Source of the DNA: an uncultured Clostridia bacterium
Lineage (GTDB): Bacteria > Bacillota > Clostridia > Christensenellales > CAG-138
NCBI GenBank assembly: GCA_944336625.1
Contig: CALVLF010000113.1
Coordinates: 1 to 63,472, forward strand
Direction: 5' to 3'
Length of the DNA stretch: 63,472 nucleotides
Of this stretch, positions 45,426 through 55,860 are shown piece after piece (the stretch's first letter is position 1; each line of letters starts with the position of its first letter). The notes below the pieces were generated by a model. It worked only from the letters and a program-made list of their open reading frames with translations, did no database searches and was not told the DNA's origin. The position numbers and the translations under genes were made by a program.

Positions 45426-46184
45426 ATGGCGCATTTGTGCTCTGCTGGCACGTTAGAATATGATGTAGATATAGGGAAGCTGGCGATCCGCCGGCTGCGG
45501 GCGGAGTACCCGGAAGAAAAGGGCCTGGCACAACGGCTGGAGGCGGGGAAAAGAAACGTTTGTTTTACTTTATACAGAGAAGGCGATCTGGAACGGTGGT
45601 GCAGGGCGCTGGAAATGATTCTTTTAGGGGATCTAGCCCATTTCGAACTTGCCCGCATGGTGAATGACTTGCCTCTGGAGCTGGAGGAAAAGCGGCGTAT
45701 TTTGCCGGAAGCGGTAAAGCTTTCCCGGGCATGCTTGCCCAGCGCAGCCAGCGATGGAATTCTACGGGCTCTTATGGCCTTTTATGCGGAAGACAGCCAC
45801 TTGAACCTGGAAGGCTTTTTACGCTTCCGTATGCAGGATGTGCTGCAGGATTGGAAAATGTGCGTGATGCGGGCGGCGGAAGAGCTCCTGCTGGAGGAGG
45901 AATATTGGGAGCTGATGCAGATTCTGGCGGCATTTGTACAGCTCCGCCCGCATCAGGTGCAAGATGTATATATCGTTTTGAATCCGGATGGAAGCTGTAC
46001 TTTAACGGACGATCGGGATAGCCGGATCGACTATGAGAAGTGTACGGGAGATGGCGTTTTAAGCGTGCTGGTGGGCCTGGCGCCGGAGCGGATTACCGTA
46101 TATGATTTATCGGGCGGTGCATGTGGCAGGCTGGCAGATTCGTTAGTGCGGGTTTTTGAGCATCGGGTGCGTATTTTTAAATAA
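45426..46184 (+). CDS. YtxC-like sporulation-associated protein (tentative)
   Basis: NLEGFLRFRMQDV...EEYWELMQILAAFV pattern, recalled from the YtxC family. SD gggagaaggag. Confidence 0.5.
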   Translation: MAHLCSAGTLEYDVDIGKLAIRRLRAEYPEEKGLAQRLEAGKRNVCFTLYREGDLERWCRALEMILLGDLAHFELARMVNDLPLELEEKRRILPEAVKLSRACLPSAASDGILRALMAFYAEDSHLNLEGFLRFRMQDVLQDWKMCVMRAAEELLLEEEYWELMQILAAFVQLRPHQVQDVYIVLNPDGSCTLTDDRDSRIDYEKCTGDGVLSVLVGLAPERITVYDLSGGACGRLADSLVRVFEHRVRIFK

Positions 46185-46186
46185 AA

Positions 46187-46212
46187 TCCCCCGCTTTTAA
46201 AAAAGCGGGGGA
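46187..46212. terminator. bidirectional terminator hairpin between the ytxC-like and marR genes
   Basis: cccccgc-ttttaaaaaa-gcggggg, nearly the same hairpin as at 21211 and 21442. Confidence 0.6.
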
Positions 46213-46241
46213 TGGCGGAAGGGTTATGCGGTATATCAAAC

Positions 46242-46709
46242 TTAACTCTCTAATCGCCTTCTCAGACCTCCTAAGCTGGCTTCCATGCTTCTGAGCATGG
46301 AAAGGGCCTCTTCCCGGTCCTCGGGGGAAAAGGTTTCCACCATGGTGGAAAAAAACATGTCATAATCGATTTCACACCAGCGGGTATACGAAATGCCCTT
46401 ATCCGTCAGCTGCAAACGGACACAGCGCGTATCCTTTTTATCCCGGATGCGCCGGACAAAACCGCCGCTTTCCAGACGCCGCACGGAAATGCCGACGGAA
46501 GCCTTACCGATGCCCAGAAAGCCAGCTAGCTCGTTCTGCGTAGGCCTGCCCAGAGCTTTTAAGGCAAAAAGAATCTGCGGCTGCCCCGGATAGAGGCCAT
46601 ATTTTCCAAAGGTAAGCTGCATACAGATATTGTAGGTATGGAGCAGCCGGGAGAATGTACGGCCAATTTCCCCGGTGGATTGCTCCGTGGTCTTGTTTTT
46701 GGCTTCCAT
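46242..46709 (-). CDS. MarR-family transcriptional regulator
   Basis: Winged HTH (PTQNELAGFLGIGKASVGISVRRLESGGFVRR). Confidence 0.85.
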   Translation of the reverse strand: MEAKNKTTEQSTGEIGRTFSRLLHTYNICMQLTFGKYGLYPGQPQILFALKALGRPTQNELAGFLGIGKASVGISVRRLESGGFVRRIRDKKDTRCVRLQLTDKGISYTRWCEIDYDMFFSTMVETFSPEDREEALSMLRSMEASLGGLRRRLES

Positions 46710-46962
46710 TGCCTTTATCCTCCTGTATTGGGAACCTCCTGGTGGAAATTGCGATTCTTATATTTTTATGATAGCCAATCCTAAAAGATCCCGTCAATGG
46801 CTGAAATTGGCTAAAATTTTTCGATTTTTGGCTGATATTCCTGGGCTATTTCGCCACCGCATTGCGGTAGAAAGGGTTTTATGCTATAATGATAAAGAAT
46901 TTTATTAACAGAACGGAGAAATATCCCGTTTGACCGAACGATTAGAGGGGGATTTGCTTTTT

Positions 46963-49335
46963 ATGATGGAACCCGCCATGATATTGCGCCGCATGGAAGA
47001 GCAGCTGCGCAACGACTACCAGATCGACCTATGTGAAGCGAATACAGTGCAGCTGCATAAGGCGCTGGCAGACGCGGTTATGTACGGCATATCGAATGAT
47101 TGGCGCCACTCCCGGCGCGCCCACGAGATGGTCCGCCGGGCGTATTATTTCAGTGCGGAATATCTCATGGGCCGCATGGTGTTTAACAACCTATACTGCC
47201 TGAATCTGCTGGATGACATGCGTAAGCTTTTGCGCGCCCGGGGCGCTGATCTATCTGCGATGGAAGATATCGAAGATGCCGCCCTTGGCAATGGTGGCTT
47301 AGGCCGCCTGGCCGCCTGCTTCCTGGATAGCGCTGCTACGCTGGACCTGCCCATGGATGGCTATGGCATCCGGTATAAGTTCGGCCTGTTTAAGCAGACC
47401 ATCGAGAATGGCTTCCAGGTGGAGAAGGCAGATGATTGGCAGCGGTATGGTGATCCTTGGTCCCGCCGCCGGGATGATAAAACCGTGCAGGTGACCTTTG
47501 CCGATCAAACGGTCCTGGCTGTGCCCTATGATATGCCTATTATCGGCTATGGCACGCATAATATTGGTACGCTGCGCCTTTGGCAGAGCGAGCCCCTGGA
47601 GGCTTTTGATTTCAACCTTTTCAACAACCAGGAATATGACCTAGCCGTTCGGGAGCAGAACAAGGTGGAAGATATCACCCGGGTGCTCTACCCGAACGAC
47701 TCCACTTATGAAGGCAAACGCTTGCGCTTGAAGCAGCAGTATTTCCTCTCTAGCGCCAGCCTGCAGGATATTATACGGCGGTATAAGCGGGTACGGGGTA
47801 ACGATTTGAGCGGGTTCGCCGCCCACTGCGCCATCCAGCTCAACGATACCCATCCTACCATATCCGTGCCTGAGCTGACCCGGCTGCTTATGCTGGAAGG
47901 CTTGGATTTTGATGCTGCCTTTGATATTGTGCGGCAAACCTTCAACTATACAAATCATACCCTCATGAGTGAGGCCCTGGAAAAATGGGATTATGAGCTC
48001 ATGCGCTCCGTAGTGCCTGAAATTACGGAATTGATCAGCCGTATCAACGATAAGATGAACGGCGAACTCCGGAGCATGGGCGCGGATGAGGCACGCATTT
48101 CTCGTATGCAGATCGCTACCGAAGGCCAGATCCATATGGCCCGGCTGGCTGTATATGGCAGTACTTATGTAAACGGCGTGGCCCAAATCCACAGCAATCT
48201 GATCAAAAAAGACCTTTTCCCGGACTGGTATGCCATGTTCCCGGAAAAATTCTGCAATAAGACCAACGGCATTACCCAGCGCCGCTGGCTGGGCCTTTGC
48301 AATCCAGAGCTGACGGAGTTAATCGCCGACCGGCTGGGCAGCCAGGACTTCCTGCTGGATCTGGATAAGCTTAAGGGTCTGCGGGATCATATGGACGATG
48401 CCACCATCGCCCGCTTCAATGCCATCAAGCAGCAGAAGAAAAACCAGCTTTCTGCTATCATCCGGGAAAAGGAGGGGGTGCATATTCCTCCCAGTTTCCT
48501 TTTCGATATCCAGGTAAAGCGGATGCACGAATATAAGCGGCAGCTCCTCAATGCCCTTTCCATTGTGGATATCTACTATTCGCTGAAGGATGGGAGTCTG
48601 CAGGATTTTACGCCTACCGCTTTCATCTTTGGCGCTAAGGCGGCTCCTGGCTATGCCCGGGCTAAGAGCATCATCAAATATATCAATGAAGTGGCCAATA
48701 TGGTCAATAATGACCCGGCCGTGCAGGATAAAATGCGGGTTGTCTTTGTACAAAACTACAATTGTTCCTATGCGGAGCACATTATTCCTGCGGCGGATAT
48801 TTCCGAGCAGATCTCTCCCGCAGGCACAGAGGCTAGCGGTACCGGCAATATGAAGTTCATGCTCAATGGCACCGTAACCCTGGGCACCTATGACGGAGCC
48901 AATATCGAGATCGTAGAAGAGGCGGGGGAGGAAAACAACTATATCTTTGGCGCCCGGGTGGAGGATATAGAAGCCATTCGGGATACCTATAACCCCCGGG
49001 ATATTTACAATCGGGAATATCGAGTGCGCCGGGCGCTGGATACTCTGGTGAATGGAACCTTGAACGATGGCGGAACCGGCGGCTTCCAGGATATCTACAA
49101 TTCCATTTTGGATGGCGAAAGCTGGCACCGGCCGGATAATTATTTCCACCTGCTGGATTTCCTGCCATATGTAGAGGCAAAGCTCCGGGCAAACCGGGAT
49201 TATCAGGACCGGATGTCCTTTGGCCGCAAGTGCCTGATGAATACGGCTGGCGCTGGAAAATTCTCCAGCGACCGTACCATTCGGGAATATGCGGATGAGC
49301 TCTGGCATATCCTGCCCCTTCACGGATTGAAATAG
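46963..49335 (+). CDS. glgP: glycogen/alpha-glucan phosphorylase
   Basis: PLP site EASGTGNMKFMLNG, about 790 aa. Start at MMEPAM after agaggggga. Confidence 0.93.
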   Translation: MMEPAMILRRMEEQLRNDYQIDLCEANTVQLHKALADAVMYGISNDWRHSRRAHEMVRRAYYFSAEYLMGRMVFNNLYCLNLLDDMRKLLRARGADLSAMEDIEDAALGNGGLGRLAACFLDSAATLDLPMDGYGIRYKFGLFKQTIENGFQVEKADDWQRYGDPWSRRRDDKTVQVTFADQTVLAVPYDMPIIGYGTHNIGTLRLWQSEPLEAFDFNLFNNQEYDLAVREQNKVEDITRVLYPNDSTYEGKRLRLKQQYFLSSASLQDIIRRYKRVRGNDLSGFAAHCAIQLNDTHPTISVPELTRLLMLEGLDFDAAFDIVRQTFNYTNHTLMSEALEKWDYELMRSVVPEITELISRINDKMNGELRSMGADEARISRMQIATEGQIHMARLAVYGSTYVNGVAQIHSNLIKKDLFPDWYAMFPEKFCNKTNGITQRRWLGLCNPELTELIADRLGSQDFLLDLDKLKGLRDHMDDATIARFNAIKQQKKNQLSAIIREKEGVHIPPSFLFDIQVKRMHEYKRQLLNALSIVDIYYSLKDGSLQDFTPTAFIFGAKAAPGYARAKSIIKYINEVANMVNNDPAVQDKMRVVFVQNYNCSYAEHIIPAADISEQISPAGTEASGTGNMKFMLNGTVTLGTYDGANIEIVEEAGEENNYIFGARVEDIEAIRDTYNPRDIYNREYRVRRALDTLVNGTLNDGGTGGFQDIYNSILDGESWHRPDNYFHLLDFLPYVEAKLRANRDYQDRMSFGRKCLMNTAGAGKFSSDRTIREYADELWHILPLHGLK

Positions 49336-49344
49336 CTTACCCCC

Positions 49345-49372
49345 AAGGGACCGCGCAGTGCGGTCCCTTTTG
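49345..49372 (+). terminator. Rho-independent terminator after glgP
   Basis: aagggaccgc / gcggtccctt stem plus tt. Confidence 0.75.
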
Positions 49373-49467
49373 CATATAGGGTAAAATATTTCCTGCCGCT
49401 TGTTTGCACACTGCCTTCCAAGCTATATTTGTAGGGCAATTTGCAAGAGGCATTTGTTGGCTGCAGG

Positions 49468-49493
49468 GGCCGCACCAAAGGCGGCCTTTTTTT
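49468..49493 (+). terminator. second Rho-independent terminator about 95 nt downstream of the first
   Basis: ggccgc / gcggcc stem, 7-nt loop, 7 T. Confidence 0.6.
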
Positions 49494-49521
49494 GTGAAGC
49501 GAATTGGGTTATAATGCTACC

Positions 49522-51360
49522 ATGAACGAAACGATTTCCGAAAAGCTCAAGCTTCTGCCCGACGCCCCCGGCGTATACAGAATGTATAATGGATTGGGGG
49601 AGGTTATTTATGTAGGCAAGGCGGTAAACCTGAAAAACAGGGTCCGCCAGTATTTTCAAAACAGCGCCAAGCCCCCCAAGGTGGCGGCTATGGTGAGCCA
49701 TATAGAGGACTTTGAATATATTCTGACGGCCAATGAAACCGAGGCCCTTACCCTGGAGAGCAACCTCATCAAGACCCTACAGCCCCGGTATAATATCCTT
49801 CTGAAGGACGACAAACATTTTCCTTATGTCCGGCTGGATGTACGGCAGGATTTCCCCCGCTTCGAAGTGGTGCGCCGGGTAAAAAAGGATGGAGCCCGCT
49901 ATTTCGGCCCCTATCTTTCCGCCATCAATTTGCGGGAGGCCCTGGGAATGATCCGGGATGCCTTCCCGGTACGCCATTGCAAAAAGGATATAAAAAAAGC
50001 CATTGCCCGGGGGGAGCGCCCCTGCCTGATGTACCATCTGGGAAAATGCTGCGGCCCCTGTTCCGGCCAGGTCAGCCGGGCGGAATACCATGCCCTGCTG
50101 GATAGCGTAAGCGCCTTTCTGGAGGGGCATACGGAGCCCATCATCGAAAAACTCACCGCGGATATGCAGGCGGCCTCTGAACGGATGGACTATGAGCTGG
50201 CAGCCCAGATCCGGGATAGGATCGCCGCCGTGAAGGGGCTGGGGGAAAAGCAGAAAGCCATATCTACCGCAGGCACGGTGCGGGACGTTTTCGCCCTGGC
50301 CCGGGATGGAGAAGAGGCGGTGGTCTTTGCCCTCTTCGTCCGGGGCGGAAAAATCGTAGGGTCGGAGCGGCTGCGCATGGCCTGCGGCCAGGAAAGCGGC
50401 GGGGAGATCATGGCGGAATTCCTCAAACAATATTATGCAGAGGATGTGCCTATCCCGCCGGAGGTCGTGGTGCATGAGCTACCGGAGGACTGGGAGGCTA
50501 TCCAGGCTTGGCTCACGGAGAAACGGGGGCATAAGGCTGCCATCATTTGCCCCCAGCGGGGAGAGAAGCGCAAACAGGCGGATATGGCCTATGAAAATGG
50601 CCAGGACGTCATCCAGAAAGCCCGGGAGCTGGAGCGCCGCAGCTGGGAACGTGGGGAAGGAGCCCTGGCGGCTCTGTGCGGGGCCATCGGGCTGGAGGTG
50701 CTGCCCCATCGGATGGAGTGCTTCGATAATTCCCATATACAGGGCCGGGATACGGTTTCCAGCATGGTGGTTTTCATCGATGGGCAGCCCGCCCCCAAGG
50801 AATACCGGAGGTTTCGCATCAAGGAGGAAGCCGGGGGCAACGATCTCATTGCCATGGAAGAGGTTTTGCGCCGCAGGTTCCAGCGTGCCCAGGATGGGGA
50901 TACAAAGTTTACCGATTTGCCGGATCTACTGGTAGTGGATGGTGGCAGGGAACAGCTTAAGGTAGCCCTGGAGGTGCTCCATTCCTTTGGCCTGGATATC
51001 CCGGCGATTGGCCTGGCGGAGCGCAGCGAAACCATCATTTTGCCGGACCAGGAGGAGCCTTTGGTCCTTTCCCGGCGGGACCCGGCCTTGCATATTCTCC
51101 AGCGCATCCGGGATGAGGCCCACCGCTTTGCCATTACCTATCATCGTAGCCTGCGGGCCCGGAATTCTCTCATGAGCCAGCTGGACCAGATCCAGGGCAT
51201 CGGCCCCAAGCGCAAGCGGGGGCTTTTTGAGCAGTTCCTTACCCTAGAGAATATCCGTGCTGCGGATATAGATGCCCTTTCCAAGGCGCCAGGCATGAAC
51301 CGGGCGGCGGCAAAGCTGGTTTATGACCATTTCCATATGGAAAATTCAGGCGATGCATGA
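49522..51360 (+). CDS. uvrC: excinuclease ABC subunit C
   Basis: GIY-YIG (GVYRMYN...VIYVGKAVNLKNRVRQY), UVR domain, C-terminal (HhH)2. Confidence 0.92.
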   Translation: MNETISEKLKLLPDAPGVYRMYNGLGEVIYVGKAVNLKNRVRQYFQNSAKPPKVAAMVSHIEDFEYILTANETEALTLESNLIKTLQPRYNILLKDDKHFPYVRLDVRQDFPRFEVVRRVKKDGARYFGPYLSAINLREALGMIRDAFPVRHCKKDIKKAIARGERPCLMYHLGKCCGPCSGQVSRAEYHALLDSVSAFLEGHTEPIIEKLTADMQAASERMDYELAAQIRDRIAAVKGLGEKQKAISTAGTVRDVFALARDGEEAVVFALFVRGGKIVGSERLRMACGQESGGEIMAEFLKQYYAEDVPIPPEVVVHELPEDWEAIQAWLTEKRGHKAAIICPQRGEKRKQADMAYENGQDVIQKARELERRSWERGEGALAALCGAIGLEVLPHRMECFDNSHIQGRDTVSSMVVFIDGQPAPKEYRRFRIKEEAGGNDLIAMEEVLRRRFQRAQDGDTKFTDLPDLLVVDGGREQLKVALEVLHSFGLDIPAIGLAERSETIILPDQEEPLVLSRRDPALHILQRIRDEAHRFAITYHRSLRARNSLMSQLDQIQGIGPKRKRGLFEQFLTLENIRAADIDALSKAPGMNRAAAKLVYDHFHMENSGDA

Positions 51361-51408
51361 TATATTGAAAAAGAGAGATCAATTTTCTGAAAGGAATTAT
51401 ATATATCC

Positions 51409-52209
51409 ATGTATAAACTGCTGGTTCTCGATATCGACGATACGCTGGCCATTTCCGGGGCAAAGGAGGTGCCACCTCGGAATTTGGCCGCCATTGACCG
51501 GGCCCGGAAGGCAGGCATCTACGTGACTGTGGCCACGGGGCGGGGGTATTTCGCCTCTTCCTATATATGGAAGCAGCTGAATATCCAGGGGCCTGTCATA
51601 AACTACGGGGGGGCCATCATCATGGATACCCGGACGGGTCAGCCCATTTATACCACTTCCATTCCAGAAGACCTGATTTTAGAGCTGCTGAACAGGGCGG
51701 CGGAACTGGGCATCTATGCCCAGATCTATCAGGGAGATTCGGTGATTTACGAAAAAGAAGATCCCTATGGCATCGCTTACTGCGCCCGCCTGAACCTGCC
51801 CCATCAACTAGATCCGGAACTTCGCAAGAAGCATTGGGCTGGCACGCCCAAGGTCCTTTTTATTACCGATGATGCCCGTGCGAAGGCCCTTATCCCCGTA
51901 TTCCAGAAGGAATACGCTGGGCGGCTGAAGGTCTCCGGTTCCAGCCAGGGCTTCATCGAATTTAACCACCCTGCCGCCCATAAGGGAAGCGCCATGGCCA
52001 AGATTGCCGAGTATTTTGGGATTCCACAGGAGGAAACCGTGGCTGTGGGCGATAATTCCCTGGATGCGGAAATGATCCAGTGGGCTGGCCTTGGCTGCGC
52101 AGTGGGGAACGCCCAGGAAGATATCAAACAAATCGCGGATCTGGTTTTGCCGGACTGCAAGGATATGGCAATTGAATATTTGATCGACCAGGTGCTTTTA
52201 AAGGAGTAA
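51409..52209 (+). CDS. Cof-type HAD-IIB phosphatase
   Basis: LVLDIDDTL motif I, ...GDNSLDAEM motif. Confidence 0.85.
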   Translation: MYKLLVLDIDDTLAISGAKEVPPRNLAAIDRARKAGIYVTVATGRGYFASSYIWKQLNIQGPVINYGGAIIMDTRTGQPIYTTSIPEDLILELLNRAAELGIYAQIYQGDSVIYEKEDPYGIAYCARLNLPHQLDPELRKKHWAGTPKVLFITDDARAKALIPVFQKEYAGRLKVSGSSQGFIEFNHPAAHKGSAMAKIAEYFGIPQEETVAVGDNSLDAEMIQWAGLGCAVGNAQEDIKQIADLVLPDCKDMAIEYLIDQVLLKE

Positions 52210-52212
52210 AAA

Positions 52213-53130
52213 ATGGAAGCGATCATTCGAGTGGATGCGCTGGCGCAGCAGCTGGGCTTTGAAGTGCTGGAGCAGGGGAAGGAGAGCATTTGCTTCAAAT
52301 CTTCCGAGATCGGCCGCCCGGGCCTGCAGTTTACCGGCTACTATGCCCATTTTGACCCCCGCCGGGTGCAGTTGATCGGCAATGCTGAGATGAATTACCT
52401 CTATAGCCTTTCCCATGACGAGCTTCTTGAGCGTATGTCCCGGTTCATGGGCATGGATATTCCCTGCGTGGTATGCGCGCGGGGGAGTATGCCGCCCGCG
52501 GAAATGCTCACCTGCGCAAAAGAACACCAGGTGCCGGTTTTCCGTTCCTTCCTCAGTACGGACCAGGCGGGCCATGCTATATGCAATTATGTAGCCCGCC
52601 GCCTTTCCCGCCATATCCTGACCCATGGCGTGTTGATGGATGTCTTCGGGGTGGGCCTGCTGCTGCGGGGGGAAAGCGGCATGGGGAAAAGCGAAATCGC
52701 CCTGGAAATGATCCGCGCAGGGCAGCGCCTGGTGGCGGATGATGTGGTGGAGGTAAGCCGGATTGGCGATAGCCTGATCGGCCGGGCGCCGGAACAGATC
52801 CGTTATTTTATGGAGGTGCGGGGAATCGGCATTGTGGATGTGCGGTATCTTTTTGGCGTAGGCGCTGTTCTTCCAGAAAAAGAAATTGATCTTGTGGTGG
52901 ATATGCAGTATTATGAGCCGCAGCAGAAATACCTGCGTACCAGTGGCGACGAGATGCGGACGGTAGAGATCCTGGGGGTACAGCTTCCCAATACGGTGAT
53001 CCCCGTAAGCCCCGGGCGCAACGTGGCGGTGGTGCTGGAGGTAGTGGCCCGGAACTTCCGGCTCAAACGGCTGGGCTATGATCCCGGCGCCCAATTCGAT
53101 CCCAGCGCCCTTTTAGGAGCGTATGATTGA
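52213..53130 (+). CDS. hprK: HPr kinase/phosphorylase
   Basis: GESGMGKSE P-loop and VADD signature, 305 aa. Confidence 0.92.
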   Translation: MEAIIRVDALAQQLGFEVLEQGKESICFKSSEIGRPGLQFTGYYAHFDPRRVQLIGNAEMNYLYSLSHDELLERMSRFMGMDIPCVVCARGSMPPAEMLTCAKEHQVPVFRSFLSTDQAGHAICNYVARRLSRHILTHGVLMDVFGVGLLLRGESGMGKSEIALEMIRAGQRLVADDVVEVSRIGDSLIGRAPEQIRYFMEVRGIGIVDVRYLFGVGAVLPEKEIDLVVDMQYYEPQQKYLRTSGDEMRTVEILGVQLPNTVIPVSPGRNVAVVLEVVARNFRLKRLGYDPGAQFDPSALLGAYD

Positions 53131-53169
53131 TTGGCATGCAATAATTTTTATTTAAAGGAGTAGAATAAA

Positions 53170-54138
53170 ATGTACCGGATCGGTGTGGATATCGGCGGTA
53201 CCAATATTGCCCTGGGCTTGTTGGATCCGGCGTGGGAGCTGGTTGCCAAAGCAAGCGTACCCTTTGCCCGGGGCGGGCAAAAGGTAGCAGCGATTATCGC
53301 AGAGCAGGTGGCGGGCCTGCTGGCCCAGGCCGGCATTGGCCAGGACCGGCTCGCCTCCATCGGCGTTGCCGTGCCGGGCAGCATTACGCCGGATGGCAGC
53401 CTGGTTTTGCATGCCTATAATCTGGGCTTCCATCATGAGCCCCTGCGGGAGAGGATTCAGGCCCATTTCCCCCAAATACCAGTTGCCCTGGCCAATGATG
53501 CGGATGCGGCAACCCTGGCAGAGCTTTATAAAGGGGCGCTCCGGGGCTGTAAAACGGCAGCCCTTTATACCATCGGCACCGGCATTGGCGGCGGCATGAT
53601 CATCAATGGCCATCTGTTCCATGGGGGGCGGAGCAACGGAGTAGAGCCGGGCCATGTGGTCCTTGTGGACGAAGGGGAGGCCTGTACCTGCGGCGTAAAA
53701 GGCTGCGTGGAGGCTTATTGTTCCGCTACGGCGCTGATCCGGGAAGCCCGGCGGGCCATGGCGGCGAAGCAGGACAGCCTCCTTTTTGCGCGGACGAAGG
53801 GCGACCCGGATGCCATGACGGCTAAGCTGGCCATCGACTGCGCAAAGGATGGGGATGCGGCAGCCCTGGACGTGTTCCACAGCTATATTGAAAAACTGGG
53901 CTCTGCCATCGCCTCCGTGCTGAATATGTTGGATCTTGAACGGGTAGCTATTGGCGGCGGCGTGAGCGGCGCCGGCGAATTCCTCTTTGCCCCTCTCCGG
54001 CAGGATGTGGATAAGAAGTGCTTCTTTGAAAACCATGGGGATGTGGTTCCCGCCCAGATGGGCAATGCTGCCGGCATGGTGGGCGCTGCCATGCTGTATG
54101 AGCATGAGAGAAAAGGATCGCCGCTTAGCCAATTATAA
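53170..54138 (+). CDS. ROK-family glucokinase
   Basis: IGVDIGGTNI and the canonical ROK zinc motif CTCGVKGCVEAY. Confidence 0.88.
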   Translation: MYRIGVDIGGTNIALGLLDPAWELVAKASVPFARGGQKVAAIIAEQVAGLLAQAGIGQDRLASIGVAVPGSITPDGSLVLHAYNLGFHHEPLRERIQAHFPQIPVALANDADAATLAELYKGALRGCKTAALYTIGTGIGGGMIINGHLFHGGRSNGVEPGHVVLVDEGEACTCGVKGCVEAYCSATALIREARRAMAAKQDSLLFARTKGDPDAMTAKLAIDCAKDGDAAALDVFHSYIEKLGSAIASVLNMLDLERVAIGGGVSGAGEFLFAPLRQDVDKKCFFENHGDVVPAQMGNAAGMVGAAMLYEHERKGSPLSQL

Positions 54139-54185
54139 AAGCACCCTGCGGATAGCCCGGGGCGCAGAATAGACTGCATCATTAT

Positions 54186-54210
54186 GTGCCCGCGCTGCCG
54201 GGCACTTTTT
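54186..54210 (+). terminator. Rho-independent terminator after the glucokinase gene
   Basis: gtgcccg / cgggcac stem plus ttttt. Confidence 0.8.
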
Positions 54211-54631
54211 CTAAATTCATTATTGTATGCCCCTGGGCCGCAGGTACCCTTATTGCGGCAAGCGGCGGCTATCCAAGGGGAAATACTGCCCCCATTGTGG
54301 CAGAGAGATATAAAGTATCTCCGTGAATGGGAAGAAACCTGGTTTCCTAAGCAGCACAGGCGAACTTTGCTGCCGGGATACAGCAAAATCATAGGATGCG
54401 GGAAGGTAAAGCGCCGTCCATCGCTCCTAAATTCTATCCCGTTGCTCGGGATCGGATGGCAATTAGGATATAGCGGGCTGGTTCAGGGGATCTTTCCTTG
54501 CGCTATAAAGAAGGGCGAAGCCTAGCTTCGTCCTTCTTTATATGGCTCCATGGAAGGGGGCGGCTGTGGAATCTTCCCAAGGAAAGATAATTCTCCACCG
54601 AGGGCCCCTGCGGCTTTCCCCTCCGGCGCGT

Positions 54632-55066
54632 TTACAGGTCCTTCTCCATATGATAATGGGGGACTGGGGCATAGCTTAAATAATAAATATCCCCCAGGAT
54701 ATGATAGCCTGCCGCCTCGTAGAAAGGCTGGGCAGTAACCCGGGCATCCATAAGAATCTTCTTCCCGCCCTGGCTTCGGGCAGTTTCTTCCAACTGGCGG
54801 AGCATTTGCATCCCCAACCCCTGGCGCTGATGGGCCGGATCCACGCAGATATATTCCAGCTTATATTCGTCCCCTTTGCTGGACATGGTGCAGGTGCCGA
54901 TCAGATCATTCCCCTGGAACAGACCCAACACCAGGGCCTCCTTTTCCCAAGAGAAATCCTCATCATAAATGCACAGCCCCATAGGTTTGCGCATAATTTC
55001 ATCCCGCAGAGCTAGGGAAGCTTCATATTCCGGCGTGCCATAAATGATGGTTCGTAAACTGTACAT
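54632..55066 (-). CDS. GNAT-family N-acetyltransferase
   Basis: QRQGLGMQMLRQLEETAR acetyl-CoA-binding motif. Confidence 0.85.
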   Translation of the reverse strand: MYSLRTIIYGTPEYEASLALRDEIMRKPMGLCIYDEDFSWEKEALVLGLFQGNDLIGTCTMSSKGDEYKLEYICVDPAHQRQGLGMQMLRQLEETARSQGGKKILMDARVTAQPFYEAAGYHILGDIYYLSYAPVPHYHMEKDL

Positions 55067-55211
55067 CCTTACCTTCTGCGCCTGCCTTCCAGGGGGAAGG
55101 TGGCTTTTTTATATAATTCCCGTCTATTCTAACAACCCCAGTGGGATTTGGCAAGCCCGGGCGAAAGGGAAAAGGGCCGCCTTCCCAAGGCGCCCCAGGG
55201 GTGGAAGGGGC

Positions 55212-55856
55212 TTAATCCTCCAACAGAGGGATGCCGATATCCACGTTTACACACCGCCCGCTGACAGCAGGGCCCCGGCCCAGGAATAGGCCTTTTTTAT
55301 AATAACCGATAGAGACCGTAAGATCCGCCTCTACAGCCGGCTCCCCCAGGCCCGTATCCCCATTGAGCCCGCTGCTGATATCGACGCTCACCACATAAGC
55401 AGCGCTCCGGTTGATGGCCAGAATTGCCTCGCGCAGGGGGCTGCGTACCTGGCCCTGAAAGCCGGTGCCCAGCAGGGCATCCACCAGGATGGGAAAATCC
55501 TCCAAAGAAACCTCCGGCCCCCAGGGCAGGATGGAAACGCCCAGAGCCTGGGCCTGCTCCCGATAATAGATCCCATCCGGGGAAAGGCGTTCCGAAAGCG
55601 AATATACTACCGGCGCATAGCCGCCCTGGGCCAGCAGGCAGGCCAGGGCATAGCCATCGCCCCCGTTGTTGCCGCCGCCGGCGAGAATCGCCACGGGACG
55701 TTTCCACTCCACAGCCGCAAAAATTCCCTGGGCAGCCCGGCCCATGAGCACCCGCCCCGGGATGCCACCTGCGATGGCGGCGGCATCGCACCTGCGCATG
55801 GTTTCCACCGAAACCACCGGCTCCGCCTTGCCATTGACAAACTGGGTTTCTACCAT
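55212..55856 (-). CDS. NAD(P)H-hydrate epimerase (standalone YjeF N-terminal domain)
   Basis: ILAGGGNNGGDGYALA motif, 214 aa, no dehydratase domain. Confidence 0.85.
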   Translation of the reverse strand: MVETQFVNGKAEPVVSVETMRRCDAAAIAGGIPGRVLMGRAAQGIFAAVEWKRPVAILAGGGNNGGDGYALACLLAQGGYAPVVYSLSERLSPDGIYYREQAQALGVSILPWGPEVSLEDFPILVDALLGTGFQGQVRSPLREAILAINRSAAYVVSVDISSGLNGDTGLGEPAVEADLTVSIGYYKKGLFLGRGPAVSGRCVNVDIGIPLLED

Positions 55857-55860
55857 GGCA

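Noticed and set aside
49510-49524. Leaderless uvrC mRNA (TATAAT 6 nt upstream of the ATG, no SD).
   Set aside because: No acceptable -35 at 16-18 nt spacing and no TG extension. The hexamer may be fortuitous, and the upstream TTG (49504) is an alternative start.
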